This document shows positions 42,473 to 53,557 of a stretch of 64,000 bases of DNA, piece after piece. Positions within the stretch are counted from its first letter, which is position 1. Each line of letters starts with the position of its first letter. The notes under the pieces were generated by a model. That model was not told the DNA's origin, searched no databases, and was given only the letters and a program-made list of their open reading frames with translations. The translations under genes and the position numbers were made by a program. This DNA is from an uncultured Gemmatimonadaceae bacterium (lineage in GTDB: Bacteria > Gemmatimonadota > Gemmatimonadetes > Gemmatimonadales > Gemmatimonadaceae). Where the stretch lies: positions 867,433 through 931,432 of the forward strand of contig CAWHHI010000004.1 in NCBI GenBank assembly GCA_963829055.1, in the 5' to 3' direction.

Positions 42473-44560
42473 TTAGGCCCCGAAGCGACCTCGCAGCAAC
42501 GCCCGCAGATCGAGCTGCGCTGGCAGCGGCGTCTCGGGGGCGGGCTCAGCGCCGCCATCGAACTTCGGAACGATCCGTTCCATCTTCTCCCGCACGCCAC
42601 GATCGAGGAACCTCGACATTTGATCGATCGAGTAGTCCGCGCTGCGGCGCGTTGGATACGAGTTGAGCGGACACGTCACCGCCAGGTGATTCCTGGGCCG
42701 CGTCAGCGCGACGTACATTAGCCGCCGCTCTTCCTCCAACTGATCGTCGTCGTTGATCGCGCGGGCCATTGGGAACCATCCGTCCGCCGCCCAGATGAGG
42801 AACACCGCGTCCCATTCCTTCCCCTTGGCGCTGTGCGTCGTGCTCAGCACCAGCACGTCGCGCTCCTCGTCCGACCCGCCGGCGAGATCCTGCGTCGCCT
42901 GCGGCGGCTCCAGCGCGAGCGCGGACAGGAACGCCTCTCGGCTCGGGTACCCGCCGGCGATGGCCTGCAGCTGGTCGAGGTCGGCGAGTCGGGGTTCGAC
43001 GCGGTCGTACTTCTCGCGCAGGAGGCCGTCGTAGAGCTGCCTAACACGGGCGATGTCGCCGCCCACGGACGCGATGTCGAGCGTCGGCGTCGCGCGGAGC
43101 TGGTCGAGGAGGCCGACGAGCTGCGTGTGCGCCTCGCGCGCCCGTGCCGGTGCGCGATAGTGCCCGAACGCGCGCGAGTCCCACGCCATCTGCGCCATGA
43201 GATCGATCGCCGCGCGCGCAGTCACGTCTCCAATGCCCGGCAACAGCATGAGGATGCGATACCAGCTCACCTCATCGCGCGGGTTCTCGAGAATGCGTAG
43301 GAATGCCAGCACGTCCTTCACGTGCGCCGCTTCGAGGAACTTGAGCCCGCCCCACTTCTCGAACGGGATCTTCCGGTTGGTGAGCTCGATCTCGAGATCG
43401 GCCGACATGTAGCCGGCGCGGAACAGCACCGCCATCTCACGCAGCGGCACGCCTTCCTCGTGCAGCTCGAGAATGCGATCGACAACGAAGCGCGTCTGCT
43501 GCTGTTCGTCCTGCGTCGTCACGAGCCAGGGCTGCTCGCCGCCAACGCGCTTGGTCCAGAGGTTCTTCGTGTATCGCTCGGACGCTCGCGAGATGAGTGT
43601 GTTGCCCACGTCGAGAATGGGCTGCGTCGAGCGGTAGTTCTGCTCCAGCGCGACGATCGTCGTGCCCGGGAACTGGCGTGGGAAGTCGAGGATGTTCCGG
43701 AAGCTCGCGCCACGGAACGAGTAGATGCTCTGCGCGTCGTCGCCGACGACTGTGATGTTGCTATGGCGCCGGCACATGCCGCGAAGAATTCGCGCCTGCA
43801 ACACGTTCGTATCCTGGTACTCGTCGACCAGCAGATGGTCGTACTGCGCCGCGATACGGTCGGCGATCTGCGGCGCCGACTCGAGCATCGTTGCCCAGAA
43901 CAGCAACAGATCATCGTAGTCGACGAGATTCCGCTCCGCCTTCCGCCGGATGTAGTCGCCGAAAATTCGCAGGAAGTCCGCGTGATAGTCGACGAACTGC
44001 GCGTACTCGTCGCGGAGGATGTCGTCGACGGCGATACCGGTGTTGATGTGGCGAGAGTAGACGTAGTGCAGCGTCTCTTTGCGCGGGAATCGCTTTTTCG
44101 ATTCCGCATAGCCTAACTGGGCACGCGCGAGCTGGATCAGGTCTTCCGCATCACTCTGATCCATGATTGTAAAGTCACTCGGGACGCCCGCCGCCGCCCC
44201 GTAGCGGCGAAGGAGCCGGTGCGCAGTGGCGTGAAAGGTCCCTCCACTCACGCCTCGACACGCTCCGCCCACCAGGCGCTCCGCGCGCGCGAGCATTTCC
44301 TGCGCGGCGCGCCGCGTGAACGTGAGCAGGAGGATGCGCTCGGGCCGCACGCCCTTCTCTATAAGATGGGCGAGGCGATAGATGAGCGTCCGCGTCTTTC
44401 CGGTACCGGCGCCGGCGATGATGAGGAGCGGACCATCGCCAAACGTCGCTGCCGCCGCCTGTTCGGCGTTGAGCTCGGAGGCCAGGTCCCGCGCACGACC
44501 GTCGATCGGCGCTGCCCGTTCCGTGTCGGTTCGACTCTCGTAGACTCGCGCTTCCGTCAT
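42473..44560 (-). CDS. UvrD/PcrA-family ATP-dependent helicase
   Basis: AGAGTGKT, TFTRRAA, VDEYQD, VGDDAQSIYSFRGA, NYRS, HSAKGKEW, EERRLMYVA. Confidence 0.94.
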   Translation of the reverse strand: MTEARVYESRTDTERAAPIDGRARDLASELNAEQAAAATFGDGPLLIIAGAGTGKTRTLIYRLAHLIEKGVRPERILLLTFTRRAAQEMLARAERLVGGACRGVSGGTFHATAHRLLRRYGAAAGVPSDFTIMDQSDAEDLIQLARAQLGYAESKKRFPRKETLHYVYSRHINTGIAVDDILRDEYAQFVDYHADFLRIFGDYIRRKAERNLVDYDDLLLFWATMLESAPQIADRIAAQYDHLLVDEYQDTNVLQARILRGMCRRHSNITVVGDDAQSIYSFRGASFRNILDFPRQFPGTTIVALEQNYRSTQPILDVGNTLISRASERYTKNLWTKRVGGEQPWLVTTQDEQQQTRFVVDRILELHEEGVPLREMAVLFRAGYMSADLEIELTNRKIPFEKWGGLKFLEAAHVKDVLAFLRILENPRDEVSWYRILMLLPGIGDVTARAAIDLMAQMAWDSRAFGHYRAPARAREAHTQLVGLLDQLRATPTLDIASVGGDIARVRQLYDGLLREKYDRVEPRLADLDQLQAIAGGYPSREAFLSALALEPPQATQDLAGGSDEERDVLVLSTTHSAKGKEWDAVFLIWAADGWFPMARAINDDDQLEEERRLMYVALTRPRNHLAVTCPLNSYPTRRSADYSIDQMSRFLDRGVREKMERIVPKFDGGAEPAPETPLPAQLDLRALLRGRFGA

Positions 44561-44809
44561 TCGCGGAATATACGCGCGTCGGCGCACCGTGCCGGTGTTT
44601 TTTCGGCGCCCCTGGGCGCCTTCGATTGCCACGGAGGCCTGTGCGACGCGCCGGTGAAGGGGCGGTGAACCGGGCGGCCAGGGAGTATCGGTCGAAGTTG
44701 CGGGTTCCGTTGCCGTTGTGATGTGGGTCGTCCCGCGGTACACGCGAGCGAGAGAGTCGCCGCCCGCGCCTTCGTTAATCCATGTATCTCTCTGTGCGCT
44801 GACTTATGG

Positions 44810-45610
44810 TTAACGGAGTGGCGGGCTGACGGCGCCGGCTTCGGCACCTACCACGCCGGTGGCGGCGAGGCTGCTGACCGGCACGGTCTGCGGAGTCAGA
44901 TCGAAAACACTACCAAACGCCCGCGTGACCTCGTCTGTCGCGACCTGCATGGCGATAGACCCCGCGTCGAGCTCTCGCGACACCGACGTCATGATGACAT
45001 CACTAATACCGCACGGCACGATGAGGTCGAAGTAGCGGAGGTCCGTGTTCACATTCAACGCGAACCCGTGCCAGGTGACCCAGTCGCGAGCGTGTACGCC
45101 AATGGAGGCCAGCTTGCGCGGCGGAGAATTGAGAACTAGGTGCTGATTCCCGGTTTCCGCCAGCTCGGTTAGCGCGCTACCCGCCTGATCCCCAACGTTG
45201 ACCCACACGCCGGTGTACTTCTCGACGCGGCCGCCAACGAGCCCGAAAGGCGCGATCGCCTGGATCAATGCCTCCTCGACCTGCCTCAGATACCAGTGCA
45301 GATCTTTCCTGTGTCGCTTGAGGTCGATGATCGGGTACCCGACGAGCTGCCCCGGCCCGTGGAACGTGATGTCGCCGCCGCGCTCCACCTCGAACAGCTC
45401 CACGCCGTGAGAGGCGAGGTACGACGGCGACGCGATGAGGTTCGCGCCTTTGGCGGTCCGCCCCAGGGTCACCACGGGCGGGTGCTCGACCAGGAGCAGC
45501 ACGTCCTCGGCGATCTCTCCGCTGATGCGGCGACGCGCGACGTCACGCTGCAGCTCCAGCGCCGCAGCGTAGGGCAGGGTACCGAGATCGACGACCAGTA
45601 GCTCGTTCAC
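44810..45610 (-). CDS. lipB: Lipoyl(octanoyl) transferase
   Basis: EHPPVVTLG, RGGDITFHGPGQLVGYP, HGFALNV. Confidence 0.96.
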   Translation of the reverse strand: MNELLVVDLGTLPYAAALELQRDVARRRISGEIAEDVLLLVEHPPVVTLGRTAKGANLIASPSYLASHGVELFEVERGGDITFHGPGQLVGYPIIDLKRHRKDLHWYLRQVEEALIQAIAPFGLVGGRVEKYTGVWVNVGDQAGSALTELAETGNQHLVLNSPPRKLASIGVHARDWVTWHGFALNVNTDLRYFDLIVPCGISDVIMTSVSRELDAGSIAMQVATDEVTRAFGSVFDLTPQTVPVSSLAATGVVGAEAGAVSPPLR

Positions 45611-45632
45611 GGCGGCGTATGCGGAGTCACGC

Positions 45633-47039
45633 TCAGGCGTGAATCATCTTCCCTAACGAGTCGAGTGCCGCCTCGGCCACTGCCTCCGAGAGCGTCGGAT
45701 GGGCGTGGATCGCCAGGTCGACCTCCTCGACCGTGAACTCATTCTCACGCGCCACCGCGAGCTCGTGGATCAGCTCCGTGGCATGAAGTCCCACGATGTG
45801 AGCGCCGAGGATCTCGCCGTACTTCGCATCGCGAATGATCTTCACGTGGCCATCGGTCTCACCCGCGGTCCGCGCACGGCCACTCGCCATGAAGGGGAAC
45901 TTGCCGACCTTGTAGTCGATCTTCTTCTCCTTCACCTGCGCTTCGGTCATGCCGATGGACGCGACCTCGGGATGGCAGTACGTCGCGTTAGGGATGTTCC
46001 CGTAGTTGACGAGGTGCGGGTGCTGCCCCGCCAACAACTCGGCCAGCACTACGCCCTCACGCTGCCCCTTGTGCGCGAGCATTGGCGCGCCGATGACGTC
46101 CCCGATGGCGTAGATACCCTTGGCGCTCGTCTCGTACGTCTCGGTGTTCACCTTGATGAAGCCGCGCTCGGTGAGTTGCACGCCGGCTTCCTTGAGGCCG
46201 ATGTCTTCCACGTTAGGCGCACGCCCGGCGGCCACGAGCACCCGCTCTGCCTCGAGCTCCTTTTTCTCGCCGCCGACTTCGGCCGTCATCTTCACCGAAC
46301 CTTTCGCGACCTTGACGTTCGAGATCTTGGCGCCGGTGAGAATCTCGATGCCGCGCTTCTTGAACGAGCGCGCGACGGCGGCCGAGCTGTCCGCATCCTC
46401 GAGTGGCAGGATCGCCGGCATGACCTCGACGATGGTCACCTTCGTGCCGTACGCGTTGAACACGTCGGCGAATTCACACCCGACGGCACCGGCGCCGACG
46501 ACGATCATGGTCTTGGGCGCGCCTTCGAGCGTGAGCACCTCATCGGACGAGAGGACCGTCTGCTTGTCGAGCTCGAGGCCGACCTGGGGCAGCCCCTTCA
46601 CGCGCGACCCGGTAGAGATGATGATCGCCTTCTTGGCGTCGTGCTTCTCTTCCTTGCCGTCGGCGGACTTGACCGAAACGCTCTTCGGGCCGGCGATTTT
46701 GCCGGTGCCCTTGATCCACGTGATCTTCCACTTCTTGAACAGCGTCTCGACGCCCTTGGAGTTCTGCGCGCTGATGCCGCGCGACCGCTTCATGGCCGGG
46801 CCGTAGTCCACCTTCACGTCGCCGAGCGAGATGCCGTGCTCCCCAGCGTGCTTGATCTTGTTCGCGAGCGCGGCGCTCTCGAGCAGCGACTTGGCGGGGA
46901 TACATCCCCACAGCACGCACGTCCCGCCGAGTCCTTCGCGCTCGATCACGGCGGTGGACAGGCCGAGCTGCGCGCAGCGGATGGCGCCTACGTAGCCGGC
47001 GGGACCGCCGCCGAGGAAGATGACGTCGTACGAGGCCAT
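45633..47039 (-). CDS. lpdA: Dihydrolipoyl dehydrogenase
   Basis: GGGPAGY, GGTCVLWGCIP, HAHPTLSE. Confidence 0.97.
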   Translation of the reverse strand: MASYDVIFLGGGPAGYVGAIRCAQLGLSTAVIEREGLGGTCVLWGCIPAKSLLESAALANKIKHAGEHGISLGDVKVDYGPAMKRSRGISAQNSKGVETLFKKWKITWIKGTGKIAGPKSVSVKSADGKEEKHDAKKAIIISTGSRVKGLPQVGLELDKQTVLSSDEVLTLEGAPKTMIVVGAGAVGCEFADVFNAYGTKVTIVEVMPAILPLEDADSSAAVARSFKKRGIEILTGAKISNVKVAKGSVKMTAEVGGEKKELEAERVLVAAGRAPNVEDIGLKEAGVQLTERGFIKVNTETYETSAKGIYAIGDVIGAPMLAHKGQREGVVLAELLAGQHPHLVNYGNIPNATYCHPEVASIGMTEAQVKEKKIDYKVGKFPFMASGRARTAGETDGHVKIIRDAKYGEILGAHIVGLHATELIHELAVARENEFTVEEVDLAIHAHPTLSEAVAEAALDSLGKMIHA

Positions 47040-47043
47040 GGAT

Positions 47044-47073
47044 CGGGAATCAGGAATGGGGAATCAGGAATCG
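47044..47073 (+). repeat. GGGAATC-type heptamer repeat directly upstream of the lpdA start
   Basis: CGGGAATCAGGAATGGGGAATCAGGAATCG. Confidence 0.8.
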
Positions 47074-47212
47074 ATCTGCTCGGGCGTCATGGCGAGCCCG
47101 CGTCCATGACGCCCGAGAGCGGCAGCTCACGGTGCTCCGGGCGAAAACTAGCCGATGCCCGGACCTGAATGCCACCGATCCCGGGCCACCACTGTCTGGC
47201 CCGGGCGGGGAT

Positions 47213-49706
47213 CTATTTGCCTGTCACGAGGACGCGTCGCGTGGCGCTGCGCACTCCGTCAGAGACGGTGATCTCGAGGTCGCCGCTGGAGGCACGGATC
47301 TGTGCCGCGCCGCCGCGCGCGAACGACAGGACCTCGCCGGTGCGCCGGTCGCGAATGAGCGCCATCCGGCCCGCCTGAGCGCTCCAGCGCACCCGGATGC
47401 TCGACGCCGACATTGAAGTGGCGTCGAGAGAGTTCACGGCGGCCGTGACGCCGTCCGGCGTCAGCGATGCTTGCAGCGTGGCTGCGGGCGCACCTCCGCC
47501 GCTCAAGCGGATTGAAACCAGCTGTGCTTGCGTCGATTCATCCATGGGAATCGCGAACGCGAACTGGCGTGCCGTCGCGTCTTCCGCATCCGCGGGCCGC
47601 TCGCCGGCGAACGAGTACGAGAACAGCGTGCTGCCGTTCCGGGCGATGCCCTCGACGCGATATGGACCCGTCTCACGCGGCACGCTTGGCCGGGCGACGA
47701 TCGAAAATGCCGGCTCGAGTACCAGCTGGCCGCGCTGGACACGCCCCCAGACGAGCAGCGACTGGCGAGGCGACGCATCCCGAGTGGAGCTCACGGCGGC
47801 CGAAGCGACGTCCGGCGTTGCATTCGACGCGCGCCAGTCCATCGCCCCGACGTAGTTGTAGTCGCTGATCCAGGGATTGCTGCAATACCCCATGAGATCG
47901 AACGACGACGGCAGGCGCAGCGTGTTGGTCGTCAGGTCGAACCCATATTGCCCGATCGTGCCGTCTCTTTGCGGGAAGCTCGGGTCAGCTCCAGCGACGC
48001 CGCCACAAGGCGCATGAAACCGCCCGAAGTTGTGCGTCAGCTCGTGCGCGGCAACGTTGCGGCCGCTCGGGAGATAGTCCCAGCCGACGGCCGCACGGCC
48101 CGGAACATATCCGTACCCGGCGACGCCGGAGTTATAGCTCACTTTCACGACGCCGAAATAGTGCCTAACGCTGGATTCCGCGATGCGGAGGGCGTTCATC
48201 TCACTCAGCACGCGAACCCACTCGTTGTTCCCGTCGTTCGATGTCAGTTCGACCGAGTCGCTCGTGGTATAGGGCGCGTGAACCTGGGCGTCGATGTCGA
48301 GCACGGGCAGCATTCGCCGGACGTCACCGAGAAATCCTTCCTTGTTCGCTTCTGTGACGTTGCCGGTGAGACTCTTGTCGAAGCGCTGCGTGATCGGCAC
48401 GAACGTGATTCGCAGCGGCGCAACATCGCGCACCTCGACCGACATCGGTATTTCGGACGCGGGGTACGAGTTGTCCGTCTCGCTCGCCTCGTCGACCGTG
48501 CCGCCAGGGTCGATGTCGGCGACGACCCGCATGCCGGGCTGAATGAATTGCCCCAGCACGATACCGTTCCACGACGACGCTAAGGCCGATTGATCGGCGA
48601 CGAGCGGGACACCAGCCCCCTTCGACAGCATCATCGTGTTCACGAGCGTGTTGCCGACGTACAGTTTGACGCGCATCTGCGGGGCGGCATCATTCGGCTG
48701 GTTCGCGCGTCCAAAAACGCGAAGGTAGCCGTCGCGCCCACTGATCAGCGGCACCGCGCCCGCGTAGGTCTGCACCACCTGCGTGATGGTGAGGCCATCG
48801 ACCGTCAGGTTGAGCGGGCCACTGCTCCCGACGTAGATGATCGCTACGGTCATCGTCGTGCCGGCCGTGACCGTCACCGTCTGTGTCGAAGTATTCGGTA
48901 CGTACGTGACGGCACCGTCGGTCACGACATCCGCCGTCACGGTGTACTGGCCGCCGCGCACGCCAACCAGGTCGCTCGAGCTGCCGACCGTGTAGCTCGC
49001 CGCGGACCCGGTGACGTTGATGCTCGCCGGATACCCCGGCCGGCAGCCCCGACACCGTGACCGTCAAGTTGCCGGTTGTCTGCGCGTACTGCACCGATGC
49101 CGTGGACGGCGTTAGGCTGGCCGAGACCTGGATCTGCTGTGACGTGCGGCTCGGCGCATAACGCTGCTGGTTCGCCACCACTTCCTGCGCCGTGATCGTA
49201 TACACGCCAGCGTCGATGCCGTCGAATGTCGTCGTGCTCGAGATCGTCTGCACGAACGACTTGGGTCCGGTGACGCGAACGGCCGGTGTGGTGCCCTGCG
49301 GGGTGCCGGACACTGTCACCGTCAGGCTCCCGCTGGACAGGACGTACTGCACGGACGCGTCGACCGGCGTGTTCGACTTCGCAATCGTAACGGTCTGCGT
49401 ATCGGGCAGCGGTGTGTAGCGCGCCGTGCCGTTCAGCACCGACGCGCTCGTGAGCTTGTACGCGCCGGGCTTGAGGTTCGCGACGACTTCGCTGGCCGTC
49501 ACCACGTGCGTGTAGTTCGCTGGTCCCGTCAGCGTTACCTGACTCGCCGTGCCGGTGGGAAGGCCAGCCACGTTGAGTGAGAGCCTTCCCGTACGGGGGC
49601 CGCTCGAGCTGTCGCACGCGCCGAGGAACAACGCCGACGCCGCCAGAAGGGCGAACGAAGGCCGCAGGCGGCCAGCCGACGAGGTACGGGCGAAGCGAAG
49701 CTTCAT
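47213..49706 (-). CDS. Secreted zinc metallopeptidase lipoprotein (M66-like) with repeated beta-sandwich domains, frameshift ~49025
   Basis: Lipobox LGAC, three (V/L)xGLP...VTGP repeats, AHELTHNFGRFHAPCG, DLMGYC. Confidence 0.78.
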
Positions 49707-49933
49707 CGGCGCTCTGCAGGTGACTCAGGGGCGATGCGCGCGACTTCAACGGGCCCATTCACCCGCGTGGCGCCACATCAACGACTGCGGCAATGTCAAC
49801 TATAGAGCAATTACGCGCGACCTCGCGAGGAGGTCACGAGGTCGCCGCTCGACAATCACACTGCATACCCTGCGGACACGGGATCGGTCACCAGACGCTC
49901 ACCCGTCGTTCCCTGGGAGCAGCCTGATGCCCC

Positions 49934-51313
49934 TCAGTACACCAACATGAGAGGGTTCTCGATCAGTCGTCGCAGAGTCTGCAGGAATCTGGCGCCGAGT
50001 GCGCCATCAACCACGCGGTGGTCGCAGCTCATGGTCACGCGCATGCGCTTCCGAGCGACGAGCGCACCGTCGATCACGACCGGTTTGTCCTCGAGCGCGC
50101 CGACTGCCAGTATCCCGACTTCTGGTGGATTGATGATGGCCGTGAACTGATCGATGCCGAACATGCCGAGGTTCGAGACGGAGAACGTCGATCCCGTGTA
50201 CTCCTCGGGCTTGAGCTTTCGCTCCCGTGCGCGTTTCGCCAGCTCGCGCGACTCGCGTGAGATCTCGCTCATCCGCTTGCGGTCCGCGTCGAACAGCACT
50301 GGCGTGATGAGTCCCTCGTCAATGGCGACAGCCATGCCGAGGTGGACGCGGTTGAAATAGCGGATCTTGTCGCCGAGCCAGTGCGCGTTCACCTCAGGGT
50401 GCTGCGCGAGGGCGGTCGCGGTGGCTTTGAGCACGATGTCGTTGAACGAGACCTTGTACTCGTCGCCCATGGCAGCCATGGCGGTGCGCATCTCGGCGAC
50501 GCGCTCCATGTCGAATTCGGCCGTGAGGTAGAACGTCGGGATGGGCCCGATGGACTCCGAGAGCCGCCGCGCAATCGTTTTGCGAATCTGAGTGAGCGGG
50601 ACGTCTCGGGAATCACTCGGGAACCGGGAAGCGAGAGCCGGGAACCTGGCCCGCTTGCAGCGGCCGCGGTGGCCGGCCCGGGTCCGGAGGCTACGGCCGC
50701 TTCCACATCCCGCTTGATGATGCGGCCGCCTGGCCCGCTTCCTTGCACCGCTTGGAGATCGACGCCGCTATCGGATGCCATGCGTCGCGCGAGCGGTGAC
50801 GACCGTGTGCGCCCACCGTTGCCGCTCGGGGGCTGCGGAGGCGTCGCACCGGCACCGCGGTCGCGCTGTGGCAGCGGCTGACGTCGGGGCGGCATCGGCG
50901 ACCTTCTCCTGCGGCGGGGTCGACGCCTCGCCCTGCGCCTCCACCTGTGTGCGCGGTACCGGGCTGGCGCCAGCTGTCTCGTTCGCCTTGGCGACTACGT
51001 CGGCAGGCGCAGCCGCCGGGCTGCTCGTCGCAGGCGATCCTCCGGCTCCACCGACCAGCGCATCAATGTTCTCGTCCGGCCCAGCGATGACGGCGATGAG
51101 CTGGCCGACAGGGGCAGCTTCGTTTTCGGGCAGTAGTCGCTTGCGCAGCACGCCTTCACCGCGCGCGACGAGCTCCATGATCGCCTTGTCGGTCTCGACC
51201 TCGGCGAGCGTCTCGCCGTTCTTGACCTGGTCGCCTTCGTTCTTGAGCCACTTCACGAGGCGGCCCTCTTCCATCGTCGGCGAAAGCGCCTCCATCACGA
51301 CCTTCGTTGCCAT
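49934..51313 (-). CDS. pdhC: Pyruvate dehydrogenase E2 dihydrolipoamide acetyltransferase, frameshifted
   Basis: ALSPTMEEG...EVETDKA, SPLARR...[24 protein letters not shown], spread over three frames. Confidence 0.93.
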
Positions 51314-51333
51314 TCCCGGTCTCCGTTCGCTCG

Positions 51334-52317
51334 CTACTCGAGATACATGACTTTCTTCACCGCGGCGATTGCCTTCGCGGCGTCGGGCTTGGCGGCTCGT
51401 TCCAGGTTCTTCGCGTACGGCATCGGCACGTCGGCCTGATGCACGCGCACGACCGGCGCATCCAGATCGTCGAAGCACTCGCGCTGGATGTAGTCCACGA
51501 CCTGCGCGCCGACCCCGCAGAATTCCCAGCCTTCCTCGAGCACGACGGCGCGATTCGTCTTGCGCACCGACGTCGTGATCGCGTCGATGTCGATGGGGCG
51601 AATGGTGCGGAGATCGACCACGTCGACGTTGATGCCTTGTTTCGCCAGCTGATCGGCGGCCTGCAATGCAGTGAGGACCATCTTGCCGTGCGTGATGATC
51701 GACGCGTGATCCCCCTCGCGCTTCACCTCGGCTTTCCCGATCGGTACGAGCACTTCCTCTCCGTCAGGCACTTCGCCCTTAGTGTTGTAGAGCATCTCGC
51801 CCTCGAGCACGATGACGGGATTGTCATCGCGGATCGCGCTCTTGAGCAGCCCCTTAGCGTCGTACGGCGTGCCCGGTGCGACGACCTTGAGCCCAGGAAT
51901 GTGTGCGAGCCACGACTCCCACGCCTGCGAGTGCTGCGCCGAGAGCTGCAACGCCGCCCCGTTAGGCCCGCGGAACACCATTGGCATGTTGTACTGGCCG
52001 CCTGACATATAGAGCATCTTGGCGGCGGAGTTGACGACCTGATCGATGGCCAGGAGCGCAAAGTTCCAGGTCATGAACTCGATGACCGGACGCAGCCCGA
52101 CCATGGCCGCGCCGACGCCCACGCCGGCGAATCCGAGCTCGGTGATCGGCGTGTCCACGACACGCATCTCGCCGAACTCCTGCAGCAGGCCCTTGGAGAC
52201 CTTGTATGCGCCCTGGTAGACAGCGACTTCCTCTCCCATGAGAAAGACGCGGTCGTCGCGCTGCATCTCCTCGCGGAGAGCGTGGTTCAGGGCATCACGA
52301 TATGTAATTACAGGCAC
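51334..52317 (-). CDS. pdhB: Pyruvate dehydrogenase E1 beta subunit
   Basis: GEEVAVYQGAYKVS, DTPITE, EFMTWNF, AQHSQ. Confidence 0.96.
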   Translation of the reverse strand: MPVITYRDALNHALREEMQRDDRVFLMGEEVAVYQGAYKVSKGLLQEFGEMRVVDTPITELGFAGVGVGAAMVGLRPVIEFMTWNFALLAIDQVVNSAAKMLYMSGGQYNMPMVFRGPNGAALQLSAQHSQAWESWLAHIPGLKVVAPGTPYDAKGLLKSAIRDDNPVIVLEGEMLYNTKGEVPDGEEVLVPIGKAEVKREGDHASIITHGKMVLTALQAADQLAKQGINVDVVDLRTIRPIDIDAITTSVRKTNRAVVLEEGWEFCGVGAQVVDYIQRECFDDLDAPVVRVHQADVPMPYAKNLERAAKPDAAKAIAAVKKVMYLE

Positions 52318-52366
52318 GATCGGAATCACTGGTTAGGCGGACTCGCTGATGCCGTGACATGATCTG

Positions 52367-53407
52367 TCAGTCTGCGGCGACGGCGGCTTCTGCGTGTGTG
52401 TCGCTGGTCGTATCGACGAGAACGTCTTCGTACAGCGCTTCGAGTGGCGGCTCAGGGCTCTGGTCGGCGAAGTCCCAGGCATCCTGAACGACCGCCTTCA
52501 CTTCCTCGTCGAGCTTCGTGAAGTCGTCATCGTTGAGCTGACCTTCCTGCTGCAGCTGCGTGCGCAGCACGATGATCGGGTCGCGCTTGAGGTACTCCTC
52601 CAGCTCTTCTTTCGTACGATACGTGCCGCTCACCGCATCGGACATCGAGTGACCCATGAAGCGGTACGTGCGCACCTCGAGCAGCGTCGGCACCGACTCT
52701 GTTCGCGCGCGATCGATCGCTTCCTGCACCGCGCTGCGCACCGTCATCACATCCTGTCCGTCCACGACGCCGCGTGGCATGTCGTACGAGCACGCGCGAT
52801 TGTAGATGTCGTGGATCGACGAGGCGCGCTCGAGTGCCGTGCCCATGCCGTAGCGGTTGTTCTCGATGATGAACACGACAGGAAGCTTCCAGAGCGCCGC
52901 CATGTTGAGCGCTTCGTGGAACGCACCCGTGTTCACCACCGACTCACCCATGAAGCACAGGCACACCTGATCGCCGCCGCGGTACTTGATCGCGAAGCCA
53001 ACGCCCGTCGCGATCGGCACGTGACCGCCGACGATTCCGTGACCGCCGAGGAAATTCAGGTTACGGTCGAAGAGGTGCATGGACCCGCCCTTGCCGCGCA
53101 CCACGCCGTCGCTGCGACCAAACAGCTCGGCCATGATCGCGCGCGGCGAGATGCCGCGCGCGAGCGCCTGCCCGTGATCGCGGTAGGTCGTGATGACGTA
53201 GTCGTCCGGACGGAGCAGCGAGATCGCGCCGGTGCCGCACGCCTCCTGTCCAATGTACAAATGGCAGAAGCCGCCGATCTTGCCTAACGCGTACGCCTCG
53301 GCGGTTCGCTCCTCGAATCGACGCTGCAGGAGCATCGATCGCAGCAGCTCCCGGCGGGTCTCGATATCGGCGGCTGGGGCGGGAGAATCAGACTTCTTCT
53401 TAGCCAT
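52367..53407 (-). CDS. pdhA: Pyruvate dehydrogenase E1 alpha subunit
   Basis: GFCHLYIGQEA, GKGGSMH, TYRFMGHSMSD. Confidence 0.96.
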   Translation of the reverse strand: MAKKKSDSPAPAADIETRRELLRSMLLQRRFEERTAEAYALGKIGGFCHLYIGQEACGTGAISLLRPDDYVITTYRDHGQALARGISPRAIMAELFGRSDGVVRGKGGSMHLFDRNLNFLGGHGIVGGHVPIATGVGFAIKYRGGDQVCLCFMGESVVNTGAFHEALNMAALWKLPVVFIIENNRYGMGTALERASSIHDIYNRACSYDMPRGVVDGQDVMTVRSAVQEAIDRARTESVPTLLEVRTYRFMGHSMSDAVSGTYRTKEELEEYLKRDPIIVLRTQLQQEGQLNDDDFTKLDEEVKAVVQDAWDFADQSPEPPLEALYEDVLVDTTSDTHAEAAVAAD

Positions 53408-53411
53408 GCTT

Positions 53412-53557
53412 CGGGAATCGGGAATCGGGAATGGGGAATCGGGGATTCACGGAACGAGATGTGGGGCGAAACAGCGATAGATCCGCGCGCCCGTCGCAAT
53501 ACAGCGACGGGGCGGTCTACGCGGTTCCGATTCCCGATTCCCGATTCCCGATTCCCG
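53412..53557. repeat. Two oppositely oriented GGGAATC/GATTCCC heptamer arrays flanking the lipA-pdhA spacer
   Basis: (GGGAATC)n at 53412-53448 and (GATTCCC)n at 53526-53557. The second array encodes the end of LipA. Confidence 0.9.

Noticed and set aside
45699..47168. Long antisense ORFs (e.g. 489 aa opposite lpdA, and many similar)
   Set aside because: These are shadow ORFs typical of high-GC coding DNA, opposite well-supported genes.
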